Below the pieces are notes generated by a model. That model was not told the DNA's origin and did no database searches. It saw only the letters and a program-made list of their open reading frames with translations. A stretch of 64,000 bases of DNA from Elsinoe ampelina (Eukaryota): assembly GCA_010093995.1 (NCBI GenBank), contig ML992505.1, forward strand, positions 164,921 through 228,920, read 5' to 3'. Below are positions 13,881-25,026 of this stretch, piece by piece. Each line of letters starts with the position of its first letter. Position 1 is the stretch's first letter. Position numbers and translations under genes: made by a program.

Positions 13881-14457
13881 CAAATCGGATCGAGAGATGT
13901 GTATTTTATTCAGAGAGTTACAATAACTGATTTATCTACTGTGCGTGCGCTGACTCATTAGTACCAGTTCTTTAGTACCAGAGAAGCTGTACCAGCCTTC
14001 CATTACAACACGTTTGGCGCTTTTCCGGGGTCGACCACACTTGGACGTCAACAAACTCATCCTCTGAGACATTGTGCAATCATAGGACCACACGTCTTCG
14101 GCGCCGCGGTGAAGCGCGGTCCATGGTCCATCCGACCAGAGAGACGTCTGTTGACCTTGTGAGACGATCGAGTATTCAATGACGATACTTGCGAGCATGA
14201 GCAAGTTTGAACCGGTGCTGTACTTACCCGTTTTGGTCTGGTAGCCATCTGGCACGCAGAAGATCTACCATATTTCATCGAAAGGTCAAACGCGACGGAA
14301 AGAGGCTGGAATGATGCTCGATGACATCGCTTATTGTTGAAACTGAAGCTCATCCATAAGTACACTGGCTGCATCGCTTCTTTCGTGATCTGAACAAGCA
14401 CTCTTCGTCTGAGCATCAATCGAGCATCCTCCGACTACTTGAATCGATATCACTACA

Positions 14458-15596
14458 ATGGACAAGGCAAAGACTGGAGTTATGGATTTCCTGTGAGCAA
14501 TAGCCTTCCTCCCTCGACTGGTCGTGAGTACTAAAGCAATACCAGCCACAAGCATGGCAAGCATGACACCTCTGTCCATGAGACCGTCAACCCTGCTGTC
14601 ACCAACGAGACTGTACATCAACACCGCCACGACAATGTTGTCACCGCCAAGGACAAGGAGGTCCACCAAGACCATTACCACACCACCGTACAGCCAGTCC
14701 ACGACGAGAAGCGATTGCCAGAACAGCACCACTTCAACACTGCTCCAGTAGAGCACCGCAACTTCGAGCACGGCAACGACCAAGAAGTCGAGAGTCGCCT
14801 AACCGCCGAGCGAGAGAAATTCAAGGACACGACCGTCAAAGGCGACACCAAACACACCAGCACAACCGCCGAACCCGTCGTCGGAGAGCACATCCACCAC
14901 CACGTACACGAGAACATCCAACCCGTGGTCAACCGGCAAACCGTCGAACCCCACGTCGTCCACACCACCATCCCCATCCACGAAGTCCACCACAGCGCCG
15001 CCCAACACCACAGCACCTCCGCCCTACCCGCCATGAGCATGGCCGACTTTAAAAAATCCGGCGGCACCCTCGGCGGCCGCGAGCAGAAGAACGATTTCTT
15101 CGAGGGCGAACCCCGCTCCATGCACGGCCATAACCCGCTGAGCGACAATGCCAGCAGTGAGTTCCGCCAAACCGGCCACGTGGCCCGTCACGCTGACAAT
15201 AATTCCAAAGCAAACGGCACGACTGGTTCGCATGGCCATGGCGGGACACACGCCGCTGGCGCAGGCGCTGCTGGTGCCGGGGTAGTTGGGGGTCTGGCAG
15301 CGGGCAAGGCCGCGCATGGTCACCGCTCTGGTGGTCGTAGGGGGTCGAGCTCGTCTAGCTCGTCGTCCGATGACCATCGCAAGACTAAGAAGGCGGGACT
15401 GGCGGGCGGTCTTGCGAAGGGTCACTCGAAGCATGATTCTGCCACTACTGGTGTGATCGGAGGTGTGCATGACGCCAATGGCACTGGTGTGACTGGTGCC
15501 GACCACACCACCACGACCAAGAAGCCAAGCCTCCTCGACCGCCTCAACCCAATGAAGGACGCTGACGGGGACGGAAAGAAGGGAATCATGAACTAG
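14458..15596 (+). CDS. Conserved fungal His/Thr-rich 'allergen'-like stress protein (2 exons; intron 14493-14545)
   Basis: MDKAKTGVMDFL spliced (GTGAGC...CAG) to HKHGKHDTSVHETVNPAV...HQDHYHTTVQPV; later HHHVHENIQPVV and C-terminal KPSLLDRLNPMKDADGDGKKGIM. Confidence 0.8.
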
Positions 15597-15682
15597 TTGG
15601 GATCTATATTAGCGTAGTCATTTAGCACCCTGTCATACCATGTTCCTTCCCCTTCCGACGTCCACCAGTCTCCGTCCCCCTC

Positions 15683-17333
15683 CTATCCCACATCATCCTG
15701 CCCCACCACCCCTCCCCCATAAACCACCCCCTCATGTCCCCTACACAGCGCATTCCAAGGAAACCATCCCCCAGTATCAGACCACGCCCCCCCTCGGCCC
15801 CTCCCACTCACCCGCCCCGAATCCTCTGGCTCCGCACCAAACCACACCTTCCCCCCGATAGCATCAGCAAACAACCTCCCATCCTCACGCGTCCCACCCA
15901 CAGCCGCGAGCCACAACTCCCTCGCCCTCTCGTAATACCACATACGATCCCACCAGTCCGTCCGGAGGTGCTTCTCCCCTGTAAAGTGCACCAGGACAGG
16001 GATCTCGCGCGTCACTGTGTTGATGCAGAGGTCGACGTCGTCCCATCCTGTGATGCTGGTGGAGTGGTTGGGGGACAGCAGGGACATGGGGAAGGGGGAG
16101 GTGAGGATGTCGGCTGGGAGGTGGTATTGGTAGTAAGATTCTAGTCGGGAGATGGGACGGGGAGGTGTGGCCGGGTGGGATCGTGGGATCGTGGTCCAGA
16201 CGAGCCAGTCTTTGTTGAAGGCTACGGTTTGGAAGAGGCCGGAGAGGTAGTCTATTCCGACTCCGAAGTCTGTGGTGGCGAGTTCGGTGGCTATCTCGGC
16301 GTCGTTTGGGGTTGGTGCTGTGGGTTGGGTTATGTTGAGATCGTGAGTGGTGGATGTGTTGAGGAGACGACGACGAGACAGCTCTTGTTCGCCGAAGAGG
16401 TCTGCAAAGTACAGCTGATCGGAGTTCATGGTGAAATTGTTTCGGATACGATCCAGTGTGGCTTCGAACAGCTTGATCAAGGGATCCAGGGGGCCGATGA
16501 CTATTGGAGTATGCGTCAGTGAATGGATAGGGAAGAGGGTGTGGTACAAACTCGTTCCTGAGTTCAGCCAGTCTGGACTGGTGAATATCGATTCTGCTAC
16601 TCCATCGATGGTCAGCGGACCAAACGCTGACTTGGACAGAGGTGCTTTTGGCACAGCCCAGCATGCAGGTCTTTCGAAGTCTGTTGGCCAGCAGAGCTTG
16701 TCGGGTCCGAACAGTATGGTCTGCCGTATCGGAGGATCTGCGGCGCCTCTCCAACCGTACGTTTGGCTGGCGCGGTCAAGGAAGGCGTCGTTGATCTGAA
16801 AGTATCGCTTCAGTAGAACACCCGGAGGTAGCTGGAACCAAATGTCGAAGCCGTCGACGACGAGGAAAAGATCATTGTTGCCTGTGGACGAAGCCCTCAT
16901 GCGATGAAAGTAGTTCAAGAGACCTTCAACCTTGGCCAGATGCTGAATGTAAGGATCACCTTGTTCGGGCTGGCCATGGTTGATCAGAACGGGCACGGGA
17001 TAGCCAAGAATGGTTCCAGACAGCAGCAGTTTGCATAGCTCCGGGTTGCTGCTTGTGGCGGGTATGAGTAGGTGCAGATGTGCGCGAGGTGGTGTGATGG
17101 CTTTGTTCGCATCCCCTGAGGTCAAGGGTACATGGGTGGCGGCCAAGAGACTCTGGGAGGCGTCAGGAGAGATACAGCAAGTCAAAGGTCGCGTAGAGGT
17201 ACTTACAGTTGAGCCCCAAGTCGCCCATAGTAAGGAAAAGACCAGCAGCAGCGGTACGACCGCAAGCAACCATTTCCATCGACGAGAAGACCAAGTCGAG
17301 TTGACCTGACCGAATCCAGTTTGCCATTCCATA
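15683..17333 (-). CDS. Type II membrane glycosyltransferase-like protein (PLOD/LH3 GT-domain-like), paralogue A; probable in-frame 51-nt intron 16501-16551
   Basis: N-terminal TM (WLLAVVPLLLVFSLLW); motifs VVDGFDIWFQL, FGPDKLCWP, LNSGT-IIG after splicing, SDQ, IDYLSGLFQ, PVLVHFTG. Confidence 0.75.
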
Positions 17334-17845
17334 CGCCCCAAAGACTCAGAAGAGCAGGAGATGCGTTCGATGTCTGTCCATTGACTTGACGATTCTCACA
17401 CTACCGGTAAGGATAAGATCTTGCTGCCCCATATCTGCAGCAGACCAACCGCTCGGGATGCCAGGAATGCCGCATGACAGGGCTGCCTAGAGATTGAACG
17501 CGTCAGTGTCCTGCAGCAGAGATTGCAAGGGCGATCACGCAACCTGTGGTGGCACCTGGGCTTGTTGTACCTGACACGGGAATACAATCAGGACAAGCGG
17601 GAAGAGCGGGAGAAAAAAGCTTCAACAACAAGCGAGCGGCTCGCGAGTCATCCAATCGTCTCGAATCCTGTCAAATCTTTTCGAGCCCTATGCCAATTTC
17701 GGCATCTGGTCATTAATTTGTGGATTGACACATGCATGCTTTGAAAGTGCAGTCAAGTGCACAAGACATACAGTTGATCTTCACTCTTCCATGCTATCTC
17801 GGAAGGAACGAGGTGATGATGATGATGATGGTGATGCTTGGGTAT

Positions 17846-19321
17846 CTACTGAAATATACTTCTCTGAGCATCACCCGAACACACCTCCCCGAAGCTCAAA
17901 TGATTCCATCTGCCATCTCTCTGCACACGAACCCCCTTATCATTCTTCTCTACCGGCCACCAGAACCGCCGGTCTGCATACCCCAAAGGTCCCAGCGGCT
18001 GTCTCTCCGCAGCGTCATGCAGAGTACTGGCATGCTCCTGTAACCACAGCCGCTCCCACCAGGTATCCCGCAACGACTTCATGCCGTTTTGATGTGCGTT
18101 GTGGTGAATAATGGCAGGTATGATGCCGGTCCATACATTTGTGAATAGCGACACATCCTTCCACGATCGATCCTTTGGTAAATTCTCGGTCGTCAAAGTC
18201 CAAAAGGGAGGTCTTGAGGCAGTGACATCCTCTTGACATTGATTCATCCTGGTGTTGTCGGCAGGGACGTCACATTCACTTCTTGCCTGCTGGACAGATG
18301 TCGTGTTGCTATAGGTGATCCATTGAGTGTCTTCCTCGGCGAAGACCGTAGCTAGACCCAGTCGTGATTCGTAATCCAGGCCCAGTCCGTACTCTCTGAA
18401 GGGGATGCTGGTGGTGTTCACGTCCAACGAACCCTTTCGCTTCTTAAGCCGCTCATGACGAGAGAGCTCCTGCTCCCCAAAGACCTGTGACAAGATGTAC
18501 TGATCACTGCCAAAGTTCTTGCTGGCTCTCATGAGCTCTTCCGCCCGACTGAAGATGACTTTCAGACTGTCGACCGTCCCCATGATCACGCCAGAATTGA
18601 GATAGCGCTGCCGGATCTTGCGGTATGTGAATCGTTCGTCGGTGGAAAGCACATCTGTGGAAGATCCATAGATTTGCGTCGGCAGTGTCGATGGCGGGAC
18701 AGCAGCGCAAGGCGCATCAGTGGCATTCCAGGGCCAGCATCGTTTCTGACTCGAAATCACTGTCTTTTGGTGAACTTGCGGAGGAAGCTTGTCACCGACA
18801 CCGTAGAGCTTGTTGGAGCGGCGGTCGGCGATAGCATTGATATCGAAGAATCGGTCGAGCAGAAGCTGAGGTCGCAATTGGAACCATATGTCGTACCCAT
18901 CCACCATCAGAACTAGATCCTCGCCTCTGGACCCGTCCAAGCCATTGAGGAAATCTAGCATTCCAGTGACCTTTGCGACGTGGGATCCGCCCTCGACCAG
19001 TGTCGGATCATCAAAGTTCACACCCCAGTTAAGTAGAGATGGTTTCGGATACCCAAGGATTGAAGCGCTCACGATAGTCTTGCACAAATTCGTGTCTGGG
19101 TGTGAGGCTGGGATAACGAGATGGAAGAGGCCAGGCTCCTCGTCTCTCTGTGGTGGCTCATGATGCCGGTATGAAGTGAACTTTACCAGATATCAGCATG
19201 CATCTACACAAAAATTCAGTATACCCACAATCTCAGATCGAGTCGACACAAACCAAAGGCCGACCGTGATGACGATGAAGACACCGACAACCCGAGGGTA
19301 AAATCTTTGGAATCGGTTCAT
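17846..19321 (-). CDS. Type II membrane glycosyltransferase-like protein (PLOD/LH3 GT-domain-like), paralogue B; one intron near 19181-19228
   Basis: Exon 1 MNRFQRFYPRVVGVFIVITVGLWFV (TM). Exon 2 FHLVIPAS, MVDGYDIWFQL, SSQKRCWP, RYLNSGVIMG, SDQ, LDYESRL, PAIIHHNA. Confidence 0.75.
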
Positions 19322-19715
19322 GGAGAAATCCAGCAGCAGCCTCCAGCGTCCAAGGGGTCCTCTCTTTCATCTACGACTTCATCAACGCACTGTTTTTTTT
19401 TTCTCCAAGGACAGCAACGCCTCCAGATGCACCGCGGAGCCGCCAATATTGGCATTGAGGAACTCCAGCCGTGTAGGATGGCATCAGCTGCATGATTGCG
19501 CGGCCACACGGCACAGGAATAGCCAGCTTGAATGATCGCGCGGTTCGCACGGCTTGTCTGACTCTTTCGTGGACCCGGAAATTAGCCCTTGCCTCCACAA
19601 GCGAATGATGCAAGCACACAATCATACAGAAGTGGTCCCTGCGTCGATACGAGTGGGTACAGTGTATCTCTGCACTATCTACATTTGGGGGGCCAACCAT
19701 GTTATCTACAGCAGC

Positions 19716-20853
19716 TCATGACTTGCTCGCTTCCTTTGCGCGCAGTTCCACCCAGCTGAACAACGCAGCACCCGATGCTGCTATCGCTAGACCCAACCCA
19801 TTTACCCAATTGATGTGTACATTGAACAGTACGATACCCAGCAAGATCGTCAGGATCTGTTTGACGTTCCCGCAGACTGTCAGAGTCAATGCCCCGGCTG
19901 ATTTGTTCGACTGGAACGAGGTGATGTTCAGCACGAGCGCCAGACACCCGTTGCAGAATAAGGTGAATATCAGACCTCTCGTCAGCTTGTTGTCTGCGAT
20001 GAGTTGCTGGAGCTGCCCGATCTCGCCCACCATTCCTGCGTAGATACAAGACTGCGCAGCTGCGAGTGGAGACATCCACATCAGGACCTCGAGCGGCGGG
20101 AGTGAAAGTCGACCTGTCAAGATCCGGTTGGTTGCGATAGTCTTGCAGGTCGCCAATACCACCCCAAGCAGTGTTGTAGTCAATCCGAGGACGGTGAATG
20201 AGATGTCACCATACGTCGCCAAGGCTACTCCAAAGACGATGGGGAGAATCGATAGTTGCGTCCATGTAGAATAGCTTCTTTTGTACAGAATGGCGTATGC
20301 GGCGATGGTGGAGGCTGGAATCAGAGCTCGTGCAGTCTGATGGAAGGGTACCGACACCAAAGATCTAGACCTGATCAGCACGCCACCCGTATGGAATAGG
20401 CGGACACACTCACAACGACACAACGGAAATGGCGATGTTGATGGTGAAGAGGAACGAGAAAGCCACAAGCGTTGTGACGTCTCGAGAGCTCAATCTAGTC
20501 AATGTTGACCTTGTCCCGAAAAAGACCAGACTGCAGCCAATCGACGAGAAGGTTGTGTGTAGAGTCGTGAGCAGCCATGGACACGGTATCTGTATAGAAG
20601 TAAGTATGAGTGCCACTTGGACATCAGATGCACTCACCTGCTGCAGGATAGCCTTCGAATGCAAAGTCAAAGTCATGTTCAGACCCAGATAGACCGCGAG
20701 AAGCACAAGCTTGTACCGAGCTCCCACGGTGTACTCATAATCTCGATTATCAACATTTCCCTGTGAAGATTCCACATTAGACTCCAGATCCTGCTTCAGT
20801 TCCCCATTGCCGAGCAGATTCTCAAGCTGTTCAGTATCTCGAGGAGCCGACAT
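19716..20853 (-). CDS. Nucleotide-sugar/triose-phosphate transporter family (TPT/SLC35E, Cas4-like) protein; 2 introns
   Basis: Multi-TM; motifs LTLHSKAIL, PWLLTTLH, FSFLFTINIAIS, VSVPFHQTARA, GVALATYGD, ALTLTVCGNVKQILTI. Confidence 0.88.
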
Positions 20854-21522
20854 GAGTGTATGCAGTCCTTAGGGGAGGACATTGACCGACTGCAGTGTGC
20901 AGAGGTTGCCATGAAGTGGCCCGGACATTTGCAGCGGAATGGTTTGCCTCGTGAACAAGGCACGCACGGAAGAGTACGGCCTGGCAGGCTGACTCGCAGA
21001 TCGGCCGAGCCGTCTGAGGTGCGCCAGTGGAGACCATGCTTTTGCCTTATCTTGCGGCGGAAGCCACACAAGCCACTTTGCACCACTCCAACACATCGGC
21101 TATGGTCAGACGCAGGCACCAGATCTTTCCGTCTCGCTAACGCAGCAAACCGACAGGTCCTTCTTGCATGCGAACGGATCCATCTCCCGACTCGGTCGTC
21201 GTCACAGGGCATGGAACGCCAAGCTGTCATTACACGTCCCACGGCTGATGGGCGGCTAGTGGACTATGTGCGGCTCGTCACTATCCCTTGCTTCCCGTCG
21301 GCACATCCGTGCTGTTGGTAAACCCGTATGATGCTGACTGTGGGTTGATGCGAAGGCGTGATCGGGTCTAACTGCTTTTCTGGGACTGACCCTAGATGAA
21401 CAGGACGAGTTCCTCCAGCCTGGTGCCAATTCCAAAAATGCAGCTTTTGTATGAATGCAAACCTAATGCTCTGGAACAGTCCGTACCAAGTAGAAGAACG
21501 CAAGGCCTCCAAGAATCACACC

Positions 21523-23217
21523 ATGGGCTCGACTGCGACGACTAGGCCCAACAAGGCCGCCATCTCTTTCAATAAGAAGGTCTGTTGTATCGGCGCAGGC
21601 TTCGTTGTACGTATAAAGTCCTTCATCCATGTGCCCTGCATGAACTGACAAACACAGGGTGGCCCGACTGGAGCAGTGATTGCCGACAAGAACCCAGATG
21701 TGCAGGTCACCATCCTCGATGTCAATGCATCAAGAATCCGGGCCTGGCAGTCCGACAACCTTCCCATCTACGAGCCCGGACTCAAGGAAATCATCTCGAG
21801 AGTGTCTCGAACGGGTCGAGATGCAAAGTCCAACGCTAATCTGGTGTTCACCACCAACGTGCAAGAAGCCATCAACGAGTCCGACATCATCATGATCTGT
21901 GTCAACACACCGACCAAGCAGAACGGATACGGTGCTGGTAGTGCTCCCGATCTCAGCTTCGTGGAATCCGCCGCCTACATGATAGCTGACTATGCGACAT
22001 CCGACAAGATTGTCGTCGAGAAGAGCACAGTGCCAGTGCGAACCGCAGATGTGGTAAAGGGTATCCTGCAGGCAAACGCCGAGCCAGGGCTCCAATTCGA
22101 CGTCCTCTCAAACCCAGAGTTCCTGGCGGAAGGAACAGCCATCCGGGATTTGCTGAATCCAGATCGTGTCATCATCGGCTCCATGCCCACTGGCTCAGGA
22201 GATCTCGCAGCTGAGCGACTCGCAGCCCTGTACGCCGCATGGGTCCCCGAGTCTTCCATCGTTCGAACCGACATCTGGTCCTCCGAGCTAGCCAAGGTGG
22301 CCGCGAATGCGCTCCTCGCTCAACGAATCAGCAGCATCAACTCCCTCTCCGCCATCTGCGAGCTAGTAGGCGCCGACATCGAACAGGTAGCGCATCTCGT
22401 GGGACTAGACCACCGCATCGGTCCAAAGATGCTGAAGACATCAATGGGATTCGGCGGCTCTTGCTTCCGGAAAGACGTCCTGAATCTCTGTTCCCTCGCC
22501 GACACGCTCAACCTCCCTGAAGTCTCCATGTACTGGCATGGGGTCCTCAACATTAACAATTGGCAGAAGGACCGCTTCGTCAGACGCCTCATGCAGAAGA
22601 TGAACAACACGCTCAGCATGAAGACGATCGCCGTCTTTGGCTTCGCGTACAAGAAAGACACTGGTGACACGAGAGAAAGTCCGGCCATCTCGGCTGTCAA
22701 GAGTCTTCTGTGCGAAGGGTCGAGTATCAGGATTTACGACCCAGAGGTCGCTGAGCAGACCATCTGGCGTGATCTGGAGGATGATCGGTGGTCTGATGCA
22801 GATGTCCGCAGTCGTGTCACGATTTGTGATTCTGCCGTTGCTGCTGCTACGGGGGCGCATGCTATTCTTGTCGCGACTGAGTGGGATGAGTTTGGATCTA
22901 TCGACGTTGCTCATGGGAAGACGGATGCTCGGCCTCGTACTGATAGCGTTGGGCCGACTTCCGATGCTAACCACGAATTCCGGGACACACCAGGTGCCGC
23001 CGGCGTGGTCAATAGGAAATCCAGGAGAGGAGAAGATTGCGAAGTTGACGGACAGAGCGTTGGCACAGACAAGAATGCACAAGTCGAATGGGAAACTGTC
23101 GCCAAGGTCATGAAAAACCCCAAGTTCTTGTTTGATGGAAGGAACGTGGTGGATCAGGCTCGTCTGCATTGCTTGGGCTTCCAAGTCGAGGGGATTGGGA
23201 AACCGAGGTCTGCGTGA
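21523..23217 (+). CDS. UGD1: UDP-glucose 6-dehydrogenase (intron 21607-21657)
   Basis: CCIGAGFVGGPT after splicing, CVNTPTK, VEKSTVP, SNPEFLAEG, SELAK, GFGGSCFRKD with catalytic Cys, FAYKKDTGDTRES, FDGRN. Confidence 0.97.
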
Positions 23218-23760
23218 GCGACAGTTGGGTCTACGGGTCTGACACAGGAGCTACCCGGCCGCACAGCTCTCGGAGCATGAAAGGTCGAGAGCTGCGATAC
23301 ATGCGAGACCCACAGGAGCCGTTACAGCGCCGCTTGAGAAGGGGTCATTCCATGTGGGCCAGCGACGGAGGGGGGGAAGACAATGAGGATCTCGGTGACT
23401 TATAAGTATGCCGTAGTGCGTTGGGTAATCGGCGTATGGTTCAATTGCGCAATTCTTGAGTCAATGGCTGCTCAGTCGACCTGATAGTCCAGTGCTAATA
23501 TGTAAGATATATTCGATGAATAAAAGGCGCCGTTCTCCACAGCGGAACACAATGTCCGATGGACCCAGTCGGCAATCTCAAACCTCGTAATATGGCAGCT
23601 GTGTGGATGTCCGGACTAGCCAAATATCCATCGAGGCATCAAAGTGGTAGAGATCCCTTCCGAGCTCGCCGAGTGGACCATTCCCTGCAGACAATACCGC
23701 CCTCTACACCTTCCGATCCGCTAGTCCTGACCTAGAACCTTCAGCTCACATCTCCGCCAC

Positions 23761-23964
23761 TCAGCGATGCTTGCTCGACTTCTTCTTCCCATGCTCTCTT
23801 GCCATCTTCTCCCAGTCTTGTCTTTGGCACGCAGCACATCGCTCAGTCCGGCGGATCTCTTGGAGCGGAATGGACCCTGGCTTGTGTGACTGAGGATGGA
23901 GGCAATATCTGTACGAAGGTAGGCGATGTCCGCAGCGGAAAATGTGAGTCTCTGCGATGCACAT
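23761..23964 (-). CDS. Small Cys/His-containing hypothetical protein (67 aa)
   Basis: ATG start; MC-x8-CGH...C...CxxC pattern seen in small fungal hypothetical proteins. Confidence 0.5.
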   Translation of the reverse strand: MCIAETHIFRCGHRLPSYRYCLHPQSHKPGSIPLQEIRRTERCAACQRQDWEKMAREHGKKKSSKHR

Positions 23965-25026
23965 GACGGTGGCGTAGGATTGACCGCTTCGAGGGATAGA
24001 CTCGGCGTTCTGAGGACGCTTGGGATCGAAGTTCGGCTCGGCTTGGTGGTTCGTTATTGGTTTTGCTCAACTCAGAGACGTCTCTATGGTGGGATTGGGA
24101 ATATTGGCTCTTGCGCATGACCTCGTACACGCTTTTGTAAGTTCCTGACTGGCGACTGACGTCTCCCCAGTTCGTAGTACTTTGACACTGATTGCTCGGG
24201 TCGGGGCCATGGTCAGTCGGGGATGTCCTTCCGGAATGAGGTTGTGTTGTTGGATGATGCTCCTGTCCGTCCAACGAGGGCTACCAGGGGCAGTCGTTGG
24301 GTACCGCCGGTACCGACGCAAATCTCAGGATACACATGGAACTAGGAGACCCTTCCGGTGTACAGGCAGTTCGGACCAGTAGTGATATGTGGGAGACATT
24401 GTGATGGACGAGTTGCTGCTTTAAAGCACTGTAAATCCTGTTTCCATCCATGTTGGCAGTCTATCCTGATCCAATCTATGCCGTATGGGTAGTCAAAAGA
24501 GGTTGGCATTGCCGATCGGAGATCCAAGGCTTGTCTCACAAGGAGATCTGCGGGCGGAAATATCTGGATGGACGCATCCCCGCAGTTGGGGAACTACAAT
24601 TTCAGAGTAGAGTAGCAAACGATTTTTGGAGAAGATGGCTGCAAGCCCGGCTAGATCGTGTGATCGTTGGTATTCTAGCGTCGAATGTGCTTCAAGCCAC
24701 GCAGTAGTACGTCTTCCTTTTCCAAGCATCTGCTTTCGGAACGCCACGCACGGAGTTTCCACCGTGGTGTATCTTCCGCGGCAAGTAGCCGAGGTGTTCG
24801 GCGAATGGCATCTCGCGAAATACACAGACAGGTGCGGTAGCGTTGGATCTGGACGCGGGCTGACCAGGTCCGCCGGCTTGCTTAGTTGGATCCCGCCGTC
24901 GTGCTGTCTTCGATGCTGCGTCCTGATCAACGAAACTTTTGCAAGGCTACCCGAGTTTGAGAACTTTCCCACGGAGGTAGTATGCTTGGCTGACCGCCAA
25001 CGAATGAAGCCAAAGACAATCGATTA

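Noticed and set aside
14715..15596. His-rich repetitive protein as a possible RiPP (KEP/dikaritin) precursor
   Set aside because: No signal peptide or KR-delimited core repeats, and no DUF3328-like gene nearby.
17812..17836. (GAT)n tract
   Set aside because: Ordinary short microsatellite just downstream of a stop codon.
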